64,000 nt of DNA from Candidatus Bathyarchaeia archaeon (GTDB taxonomy: Archaea > Thermoproteota > Bathyarchaeia > Bathyarchaeales > Bathycorpusculaceae): positions 122,576-186,575 of the forward strand of contig JAVZNT010000001.1 in NCBI GenBank assembly GCA_038882655.1. The letters are read 5' to 3'. Shown one piece after another: positions 27,175 through 34,969 of the stretch (positions are counted from its first letter, which is position 1; every line of letters starts with the position of its first letter). The notes under the pieces are model-generated. The model was not told the DNA's origin. It worked only from the letters and a program-made list of their open reading frames with translations, and did not search any database. Position numbers and translations under genes: made by a program.

Positions 27175-29232
27175 GTGAAGAAGGTTCTAGACAAAATTAG
27201 GTGGGTAACCAGTATATTGAAGGATTATTGGCAACACATTTTAGCCGTATCTCTTTTTCTGTCAATAATTTGGGTGGTTTATTGGCATGACCTAGAAATA
27301 TTGGCAAATGAAGCTCTTCATACTGAAGCTCTTTCCCACGTCTTTTTAATACCTCTTTTCGTAGGCGTTCTTCTCTACTTGAAGAGAGATGTGTTTAAGG
27401 CTTCGTTTGCTTTAAATTCTCTGCGGAAGAAATCGGGGAGCATGTTTTTTGACGAGCTTGTCGGATTAAGCCTATGCCTCATAGCCTTTCTCGTCTACTG
27501 GTATGGTTCTTACACGCTCTACCCGTTGGAATATCATATGCTCGCCCTACCCATATTCGTGGCGGGCATTATACTAATTCTCTTTAACCTAAAAGCCTTG
27601 AAAGCGCTCACTGTCCCTGTGGTTCTCCTCATTTTTCTGGTTCCAATTCCCAACGAGATAGCATACACTTTGGGCGGAAGCTTAGCCAACTTTAACACTC
27701 AAGCCTCCTACACACTACTGAAGGGACTAGGAGTCCCAGTAACATTAAACACAACGTATGGTTCTCCAACCATAATGTTGGTAAAACCCCAAGAGCCGCC
27801 TATTCCATTTACGGTGGACATTCCATGCTCAGGAATTTATATGTTAACCGCCTTTTCCATGTTCGCCGTTTTCTTAGCGGCGATTGTGCAAGCCTCAACT
27901 CTTAAAAAGGCTTGGATTTTCATGCTTGGATTCGCCATATTCGAGGTTTTAAACATAATCCGCATAACATCCATAGTTTCTGCAGCCTACCTTTTCAGCG
28001 AAGAAGTCGCCATGCTGATTTTCCATTCAGCGGCAGGCTTGATCCTCACATTTATTGGAATATTCATCACTCTAATTGTGTCTGAAAAGCTATTAGGGAT
28101 AAAAGTTGCCACCAGCAAGATCGAAACGCCTTCATGTTCAGAGTGTAATAAACTGCGGGAGAAATTCCAGAACTTTTGCTTAAACTGTGGAAGGTTCTTT
28201 AACCCGTTTAAAAAGAAGCCCTCTAAAATTTTTTGGACAAAACTAATACTGCTGCTGGTCGGCTGTTTTCTAATATCCTTGAGTGTCAACGCACCAGTTT
28301 TCGCGATCTCTAAGGAAACAATGGAAGTAACCTCGTGGGAAAGAACAACAGAAATTTTGCCGCAGATTCCAGAGCACCGACTCGTTTTTCTATATCGGGA
28401 TACAGACTATGAACGAATAGCGAAACAGGATGCGTCGCTGGTTTACGCCTATTTTCCAGCAAACCTTTCAAGGCCAGTTACTTATGTCCTTATAGGCGTG
28501 GCAAGCAGCATCTCAAACCTTCACAATTGGGAAGTCTGCCTCATATCATGGCAGACAGCTTACGGACGTTATCCGCTGGTTGAAGTTCTAGTCTCTAAAG
28601 ACATACAATTACTTGAAGGTAACCAGTTGATTGCAAGGTACCTAGTTTTTCAAAATTCCGAGGAAAACTATACGCAATTCACCCTTTATTGGTATGAAAA
28701 GGCAACATTCAAATTAGGCGCCACCGTGCAGCAGCGGTACGTTAGAATAAGCCTTATAATATTAGCAGGGAATGCTTTCAGTCATCAACAATATGAAAGC
28801 CAGCTTCTAGAGTTTGGAGAGGCCGTGGCCCACCACTGGGAACCAATAAAGACACATTCCTTGTTTTCTTTAGGAATAACCGCGCAACAAACCCTTCTCG
28901 TCTTTTCAATAGCCCTCATAATAATCACAAAAGTAGCCCAGTCCACTCACGAGTGGCGCAAAAAAATGAATAACCTTAAAATATTCAACAATCTCGCTTC
29001 GCCAACAGATAAGCTTGTGCTTCAGACAATCACCGAACTGAGCAAAGCCAAAGGGACCGCCACAACAGCTGAAATAAGCTTTGCAATCAAGAACAAAACT
29101 GGAAAAACATTGAGACTTGAAAGGCTTGTAGAACGGTTAAACCGCCTACAAGAATATAATTTCGTAAAAATGGATATAACCGCGAACAATAACAAGCCTC
29201 TACTAGTTTGGAAAAGTTTAGTAAACCTCTAG
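27175..29232 (+). CDS. Exosortase/archaeosortase family transpeptidase fused to Zn-ribbon, EpsI-like and winged-helix domains
   Basis: SHVFLIP, LVPIP and Cys-Arg-His triad motifs VDIPCSG / LNIIRI / IFHSAAG; CSEC..CLNC; LHNWEVCL and LYWY; C-terminal wHTH-like segment. Confidence 0.88.
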   Translation: MKKVLDKIRWVTSILKDYWQHILAVSLFLSIIWVVYWHDLEILANEALHTEALSHVFLIPLFVGVLLYLKRDVFKASFALNSLRKKSGSMFFDELVGLSLCLIAFLVYWYGSYTLYPLEYHMLALPIFVAGIILILFNLKALKALTVPVVLLIFLVPIPNEIAYTLGGSLANFNTQASYTLLKGLGVPVTLNTTYGSPTIMLVKPQEPPIPFTVDIPCSGIYMLTAFSMFAVFLAAIVQASTLKKAWIFMLGFAIFEVLNIIRITSIVSAAYLFSEEVAMLIFHSAAGLILTFIGIFITLIVSEKLLGIKVATSKIETPSCSECNKLREKFQNFCLNCGRFFNPFKKKPSKIFWTKLILLLVGCFLISLSVNAPVFAISKETMEVTSWERTTEILPQIPEHRLVFLYRDTDYERIAKQDASLVYAYFPANLSRPVTYVLIGVASSISNLHNWEVCLISWQTAYGRYPLVEVLVSKDIQLLEGNQLIARYLVFQNSEENYTQFTLYWYEKATFKLGATVQQRYVRISLIILAGNAFSHQQYESQLLEFGEAVAHHWEPIKTHSLFSLGITAQQTLLVFSIALIIITKVAQSTHEWRKKMNNLKIFNNLASPTDKLVLQTITELSKAKGTATTAEISFAIKNKTGKTLRLERLVERLNRLQEYNFVKMDITANNNKPLLVWKSLVNL

Positions 29233-29272
29233 AAACCTTAAATGATGGCCTGCAATATTTTTAATTAAGAAA

Positions 29273-30196
29273 ATGTGCCCAAAACCGAAAAAAGAGAGAA
29301 CAATCAAAAAATCTGAGGATAAATTATACGAATTAACAACCACGCAGCATCTAGTTGAAACGATTAAGCAGCTTCAGACGGAAATCGAAGATTTAAAAGC
29401 AGAATTGAAGAAGGTTAAGAGTATCCCAACTGGAAAAATAGGTTTAGCCTTCATAATTCTAGGCGTATTAGCATTCATCTTCGCTATGTCATATGACTCA
29501 AACATTTTAGCCTTTATAGGTTTAGGTTTAACCTTTTGGGGTGCTCTCTTCTTTTTTATAAGACCAGCAAAATACGCCCAAAGTAGTCTATTAGATTCAA
29601 CAGCAGTCTCCACTTATACAACAACCGACAGAATAATAAAGGACCTAAAATTTAAAGGCAAAAGCTACTACATACCACCGTACCCAAAAGAAGTTTACCT
29701 TCCTGAATATCTTAAAGGACTAAAAGAACCAGTAGTTTTCATTTCGGCCGACACTGGTGGTATGCCATCTATAGAAGAACTTGCTAAAAGCAAATTTCTA
29801 CTCGCAAACCCAAAGGGAATATGTATAGTCCCACCTGGTCTAGGACTGTTGACCAAGTTCGAGAATGAGCTTAGAAAGGATATGGCAAAGTTTCCGTTAA
29901 ATGAATTATGTGAAATCCTTCCGTCAATAATTACCGAGAACTTACAGTTAGCAAAAGAAATGGAGATCAAGGTTGAAGACCGCGGAGTTTACTTAAAAAT
30001 GTTGGACGCTGTATATATGAACCTTTATAGTGCAGAAAGAAATCTGATAAGCATCCATCGCCTTGGATGTCCTATTATAAGTGCGATAGCATGTGCGCTG
30101 TCTAAGGCTGCAGGAAAAATTGTTACAATCCAGAGGGACAATGTTTCCCCCGATGGCCAAACTATTGAGGTTTGGTACCGTTTCATGGAGGCGTAA
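29273..30196 (+). CDS. Hypothetical membrane protein, paralog B (coiled coil + 2 TM + GCPxxSAIAC domain)
   Basis: Paralog of 22195..23097. Confidence 0.75.
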   Translation: MCPKPKKERTIKKSEDKLYELTTTQHLVETIKQLQTEIEDLKAELKKVKSIPTGKIGLAFIILGVLAFIFAMSYDSNILAFIGLGLTFWGALFFFIRPAKYAQSSLLDSTAVSTYTTTDRIIKDLKFKGKSYYIPPYPKEVYLPEYLKGLKEPVVFISADTGGMPSIEELAKSKFLLANPKGICIVPPGLGLLTKFENELRKDMAKFPLNELCEILPSIITENLQLAKEMEIKVEDRGVYLKMLDAVYMNLYSAERNLISIHRLGCPIISAIACALSKAAGKIVTIQRDNVSPDGQTIEVWYRFMEA

Positions 30197-30197
30197 A

Positions 30198-30392
30198 ATG
30201 AATTTTCCAATGTCGTTGTCGGACATAAGCCTATGGCTTGCAGTTATGGCAATGATCTTACTTATAACATCTGCCGTCACAGAGTACTCGAGTTACCTAG
30301 TTATTGAAAAAAAGCGGCTTAGAATAGTTGCTATAGCTTTGGGTTTAGGGTTCATGTCCACAGTTATCATGCGCATATTTCAGACATTCTAA
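30198..30392 (+). CDS. Small 2-TM membrane protein (64 aa)
   Basis: ATG 1 bp after the previous stop; two hydrophobic helices separated by EKKRLR. Confidence 0.65.
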   Translation: MNFPMSLSDISLWLAVMAMILLITSAVTEYSSYLVIEKKRLRIVAIALGLGFMSTVIMRIFQTF

Positions 30393-30426
30393 GAGATGCA
30401 AAGTTACAATTAAAGAAGGAGGGGAG

Positions 30427-30873
30427 CTACTGCTCTGTCCCGGATATAATTATGCTAAATGAAAAGTTTGTTATTCCACTGATGGCTGGGTTAACACTTA
30501 AAGTTAAATTTACGCCGACAATATGGCCGGCATTTAAGACGTAGCCACTACGGTCCCATGTCACTGTGATATAGTTTGCAGCTGCAGCGGGAGACCACCC
30601 AGAAGTTGTCATACTCAAGACAACGGGCACTGTTCCGTTGTTACGTACGTAAATAGTTTTGGTCACAGTTTCTCCAGGTGCTAGCATTCCCCAATCTATG
30701 GTTGTAACAGGACTTGTCCCGTTACTATACCAGTAAACACTCACCCCAGCTGCTTTAATAGTTGCAGTATTATGGAATGAATATAACGCTGTAAGTGCAC
30801 TTAAAGCAACTGCAACAAATGTTACTGTAACGATGGTCAATAGCATACCTACCTTGATTCGTTGCATAGCCAT
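30427..30873 (-). CDS. Small surface protein with N-terminal hydrophobic helix and DWG-x-x-x-PG beta-sandwich (putative filament subunit)
   Basis: NTATIKAAGVSVY...IDWGMLAPG...IYVRNNGTVPVVLS...FSFSIIISG; N-x-T sequons. Confidence 0.7.
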   Translation of the reverse strand: MAMQRIKVGMLLTIVTVTFVAVALSALTALYSFHNTATIKAAGVSVYWYSNGTSPVTTIDWGMLAPGETVTKTIYVRNNGTVPVVLSMTTSGWSPAAAANYITVTWDRSGYVLNAGHIVGVNLTLSVNPAISGITNFSFSIIISGTEQ

Positions 30874-31125
30874 TTTTTCCCACCTTCTAATCTTCGAAAA
30901 TCGTGCGTCTTAATAAACGTTATTGTTAACTTATTCAACATAAATACAGAATATACATAATTCGTCTAAATCCAAAATTGAGCGAGGATCAAGCTATCGG
31001 CACAACAACTTTACCACGGAACCAGCAGAAAAATAGCAAGCGAAACTGAAAAGAAAAGTGAAAAAGGCCAAGGAAGCTAAAAGCCAACAAAACTCCTTAA
31101 AGGCTCTTTGGTTTTAATTGCCACA

Positions 31126-31174
31126 ATGTTGGGCAGTCATTCGAGCCAGCAAAAGTCTGGCAGCTGCTCAACAT
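31126..31174 (+). ncRNA. Candidate structured non-coding RNA (stem-loop) in the rpoD upstream intergenic region
   Basis: ATGTTGGGCAG/CTGCTCAACAT outer stem and GCCAG/CTGGC inner stem; TATA-like CCTTAAAG at ~31095. Confidence 0.35.
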
Positions 31175-31394
31175 CTAGAGTACACTATGTAGAGGTTTCG
31201 CTTTCACAACTGGAAAGAGGGAAATAAATCGTTTGCAGTTGGGGTTGGGCTTTGCACTTGTAGTTGTTAATTCTCAGAATCAATTATAATATGAGTTAAA
31301 GAATTCGCGATGTAATCGCCAAGTTTATATTGCCCACTAATATTCTATTCAACGGCACTATATCAGTTTGCACGTTAATGGGGTGTTTCGGTAA

Positions 31395-32210
31395 ATGGAA
31401 ATAGAGGTGCTTGAAAGAGACGATAAAAACTTGCGCTTGCTTATAAAGGGAGTCGACACCCCGTTTATTAACGCCTTGAGAAGGAATGTTATCACAGAAG
31501 TTCCTTGTATGGCAATAGATGATGTTGTGATTATTGAGAATTCTTCAGTTTTTCATGATGAAATTATAGCCCATAGGCTTGGATTAATCCCGTTAAGGAC
31601 CGACCTTGACGGCTACAATCTTCCAGAAGAATGCTCATGTAAAAGCGAGTTTGGATGCAACCTTTGCAGAGTTACATTCACATTGGATAGAGAGGCAAAG
31701 GAAGGAACAATAACAGTTTATTCCGGCGAGCTCGTTTCCGAGAACCCAAACATTGTTCCCGTTAGCGACAAGATCCCAATAGTTAAGCTTGCAAAAGGGC
31801 AGAAGTTGAGGCTTGAAGCCTACGCGAGACTTGGGAAAGGAAAAAACCACGCGAAGTGGCAACCGGTTTCGCTATGCTCCTACAAACATTTGCCACAAAT
31901 AAAAATAGCTGATGAAAGCTGTGATGCTTGCGCAAAATGCGTTGAAATATGCCCAAGAAAAGTTTTGATAAAAAATGAGGGAAAAATAGAAGTTCGCAAC
32001 TTGTTGGCTTGCACTCTATGCCAGGACTGCGTGGACGTTTGCCCAAAACAACCGCCAGCAATAGAGGTCAACTGGGAGAAAAACGCCTTTATATTCAGCA
32101 TCGAATCAACTGGTGTGCTTCCACCAGAAAGAATTATGATGGAAGCAGCAAAAATTTTGGATAAGGACCTAAAAGAGCTCACAAAACAGATTGGGGTGCA
32201 AAAGTCTTGA
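31395..32210 (+). CDS. rpoD: DNA-directed RNA polymerase subunit D (Rpo3) with ferredoxin-like domain
   Basis: NALRR..EVP.MAID, DEIIAHRLGLIP, HAKWQP, two CxxCxxCxxxCP motifs. Confidence 0.96.
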   Translation: MEIEVLERDDKNLRLLIKGVDTPFINALRRNVITEVPCMAIDDVVIIENSSVFHDEIIAHRLGLIPLRTDLDGYNLPEECSCKSEFGCNLCRVTFTLDREAKEGTITVYSGELVSENPNIVPVSDKIPIVKLAKGQKLRLEAYARLGKGKNHAKWQPVSLCSYKHLPQIKIADESCDACAKCVEICPRKVLIKNEGKIEVRNLLACTLCQDCVDVCPKQPPAIEVNWEKNAFIFSIESTGVLPPERIMMEAAKILDKDLKELTKQIGVQKS

Positions 32211-32569
32211 GAAAAGTTGAGGCGACAAATCCAGAGCTCATCGAAACCATTCGCTTCTTGAAAAAGCAGAGCGCTGAAAATGAGGCGAAAATTTGGAGAA
32301 GCATAGCTGAACTTTTGGCGAAGTCTAGAAGAAAACGCGTAGCCGTGAACATTAGCCGATTGAACAGATATACAGAAAAGAATGAAACTGTGGTTGTTCC
32401 AGGCAAAGTGTTGGGCGCTGGCGAAATAGACCATCCGATAACTGTTGCAGCCTTCGCATTTTCACAGAAAGCACGGGAAAAAATAAAGAGGGCACGAGGG
32501 AAATGTCTATCCATAATCGAACTTGTCAAAAAGAATCCAAAGGGTTCAAAAGTTAAGATTATAGGGTGA
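32207..32569 (+). CDS. rpl18e: 50S ribosomal protein L18e
   Basis: VNISRLNR, VVVPGKVLGAG, NPKG. Confidence 0.96.
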   Translation: MRKVEATNPELIETIRFLKKQSAENEAKIWRSIAELLAKSRRKRVAVNISRLNRYTEKNETVVVPGKVLGAGEIDHPITVAAFAFSQKAREKIKRARGKCLSIIELVKKNPKGSKVKIIG

Positions 32570-32573
32570 AAAA

Positions 32574-33011
32574 ATGCAGCTCAAAAGCGATTACAAACTC
32601 ATTAATGCTGATGGACTAATTCTTGGAAGAATGGCTAGCATAATCGCCAAACGCTTACTAAAGGGTGAAAAAATAGCCGTTGTAAACGCTGAAAAAGCCA
32701 TAATATCCGGTAAAAAGAAAAGTAAAGCTGGAGAAGCAAAAGAGTTTCTTGAAGTTGGACACCCCGGAAAAGGCCCCTTGCATCCTAGGAGACCAGACAG
32801 AATTCTTAGAAGAACCGTTAGGGGGATGCTTCCCTATAGGCAGCCTAAGGGGAAGCAGGCCTACAAGAGGCTTAGGGTCTTTATTGGCGTTCCAGATGAG
32901 CTTAAAAATCTAGAAATGGAAACCATAGAGGAGGCGCAAGCCAAAAAGCTAAGTTGTTCCTACTTCACACTGGGAGAGCTTGCAAAAGAAATAGGTTGGA
33001 GTGGCGAATAG
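32574..33011 (+). CDS. rpl13: 50S ribosomal protein L13
   Basis: [23 protein letters not shown]. Confidence 0.96.
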   Translation: MQLKSDYKLINADGLILGRMASIIAKRLLKGEKIAVVNAEKAIISGKKKSKAGEAKEFLEVGHPGKGPLHPRRPDRILRRTVRGMLPYRQPKGKQAYKRLRVFIGVPDELKNLEMETIEEAQAKKLSCSYFTLGELAKEIGWSGE

Positions 33012-33013
33012 TT

Positions 33014-33424
33014 ATGCCTGCAAAAAAAGTTCTAGTTGTCAGTGGAAAAAGAAAGACAGCCACGGCACGAGCAGTTGTCAAGCCCGGTTTAGGAAGAGTA
33101 AGAATTAACATGACTCCGCTGGAAATTTACCGCCCGGAAGTCGCACGTCAAAAAATAATGGAGCCGCTTATACAAGCTGGCGATGAGGTTTGGAAACAGT
33201 TAGATATGGATATTAAGGTTTCCGGCGGAGGCTACATGGGACAGGCGGAGGCAGTTAGGATAGCCATTGCAAATGCCCTATTAAAATGGACTAAGAGCAC
33301 ACAGTTACGCACAGCGTTTAGTGAGTATGACAGAACAATGGTTGTGGGCGACTCCCGAAGAAAGGAGCCTAAAAAGTTTGGAGGCCCTGGTGCAAGAGCG
33401 AGGGATCAGAAGAGCTATAGGTAA
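33014..33424 (+). CDS. rps9: 30S ribosomal protein S9
   Basis: [30 protein letters not shown]. Confidence 0.97.
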   Translation: MPAKKVLVVSGKRKTATARAVVKPGLGRVRINMTPLEIYRPEVARQKIMEPLIQAGDEVWKQLDMDIKVSGGGYMGQAEAVRIAIANALLKWTKSTQLRTAFSEYDRTMVVGDSRRKEPKKFGGPGARARDQKSYR

Positions 33425-33442
33425 TTGGAGGTTAAAGCGAAA

Positions 33443-33682
33443 TTGATTATACCTATAAGATGTTTTACATGTGGCAAGTTAATTGGTGATAAGTGGGAGG
33501 AGTTCGCGAGAAGAGTTAAGATGGGGGAAGATGCTGGCGACGTTTTAGATAGTTTGGGTATAAAGAGGTATTGCTGCAGGCGTATGCTTCTTTCTCATAT
33601 TGAAATTGTCGACGAGATTTTACGCTTTTATGAGGAAGCAGAAAAGAGAAGGGAAGCTAGAATGCAGTATTACCAGCAATAG
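33443..33682 (+). CDS. rpoN: DNA-directed RNA polymerase subunit N (Rpo10)
   Basis: [17 protein letters not shown]; TTG start after GGAGG. Confidence 0.96.
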   Translation: MIIPIRCFTCGKLIGDKWEEFARRVKMGEDAGDVLDSLGIKRYCCRRMLLSHIEIVDEILRFYEEAEKRREARMQYYQQ

Positions 33683-33698
33683 GGAGCCATGGTAAGGC

Positions 33699-34952
33699 AT
33701 GTCCACAGTTATTGAGGATGTAATTGCACGGAAAATTTTTAACAGTCGTGGAGAAGAAACGATAGAGGTTGACGTTATCACCGCTTCTGGCTTTGGGAGA
33801 GCCTCAGCCCCAGCTGGAGAAAGCCGAGGAAAAGCCGAAGTGGTTTATTATCCGCGAGGTGGAGTGGACGAGGCGATTAAGAAAGTTGAAGAACTCATAT
33901 CTCCGGAACTCATCGGGCTAAACGCAGATTTCCAAGAAGAAATCGATAAAACGCTTCACGAGGTAGACAACACGAAAGACTTCAGAATTATTGGTGGAAA
34001 CACAGCCTTTGCAGTTTCCTTAGCGAACGCAGAGGCTGCCGCAAACTCTTATGGCTTACCTCTATTCCAATATTTAGGCGGCTACACAGCCCATGAACTC
34101 CCATACCCCCTTGGAAACATCATCAGCGGTGGAAAGCACACAAGTGGAAAATCTCCGGACATACAGGAGTTTCTAGCTCTTCCTTACGGCGCTGACTCTT
34201 TTCTGGAAGCGGCAACAGCCAATGTAAAAATCCATAGCAAAGTTAAGGAAGCTTTGAAGAAAAAGGATAAACTTTTCAGTGGTGGCAGAAGTGATGAAGG
34301 TGCATGGATTGCAAATGTCACAAACTTGGAAGCCTTTGAAATTATGGCTTCGGTATGCGAAGAGATAAGCAACGAATTAGGATTCAAATGTGGTTTCGGC
34401 GTTGATGTTGCGGCTTCGTCCCTCTGGAATGCTAAAAAGAAGAAATACGTGTATGAAAGAACTGGAAAAGAGTTAGACTCCGGAGAACAGTTGGAAGTTA
34501 TTCGGCAAATTATCGAAAAGTATCATCTGGTTTATGTGGAAGACCCATTACATGAGGAAGATTACGAAGGCTTCGCAGAACTCACAAAAAAGATTAAGAA
34601 TTGCCTCATCTGCGGTGACGACTTGTTCGCCACAAACAATGAAAGACTAGCTCGTGGAATTAAAATGCATGCAGCCAACGCTATAATAGTTAAAGTGAAC
34701 CAAGTTGGCACGCTCACAGATACGTTGGACACTATTGAAACGGCAAAAAGGGCTGGATACGTTCCAGTTGTTTCCCATCGTTCCGGCGATACTTGTGATT
34801 GGCACATCGCCCACTTAGCTGTAGCGTTTAAATGTCCCATAATTAAGGCTGGCGTGGTGGAAGGAACGCGAATAGCAAAAATAAATGAGTTGTTGAGGAT
34901 TGAGGAATTTCTTGGAGAGAGAGCTAAAATGGCTAAACTCCAAATTCCATAA
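33699..34952 (+). CDS. eno: Enolase
   Basis: IFNSRG, QEF, SDEG, VEDP, GDDLF, KVNQVGTLT, SHRSG. Confidence 0.95.
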   Translation: MSTVIEDVIARKIFNSRGEETIEVDVITASGFGRASAPAGESRGKAEVVYYPRGGVDEAIKKVEELISPELIGLNADFQEEIDKTLHEVDNTKDFRIIGGNTAFAVSLANAEAAANSYGLPLFQYLGGYTAHELPYPLGNIISGGKHTSGKSPDIQEFLALPYGADSFLEAATANVKIHSKVKEALKKKDKLFSGGRSDEGAWIANVTNLEAFEIMASVCEEISNELGFKCGFGVDVAASSLWNAKKKKYVYERTGKELDSGEQLEVIRQIIEKYHLVYVEDPLHEEDYEGFAELTKKIKNCLICGDDLFATNNERLARGIKMHAANAIIVKVNQVGTLTDTLDTIETAKRAGYVPVVSHRSGDTCDWHIAHLAVAFKCPIIKAGVVEGTRIAKINELLRIEEFLGERAKMAKLQIP

Positions 34953-34969
34953 CGGAGAGTGAAGCGAAC

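Noticed and set aside
30874-31394. tRNA, SRP RNA, SECIS or H/ACA RNA upstream of rpoD
   Set aside because: No cloverleaf or TTCGAA T-loop context, no SRP helix-8 motif, and no convincing K-turn or SECIS GAA/A motif. Kept only as an unclassified hairpin.
31880-32434. 184-aa antisense ORF and similar short shadow ORFs throughout the window
   Set aside because: They lie antisense to or out of frame within well-supported conserved genes and have no recognisable motifs.
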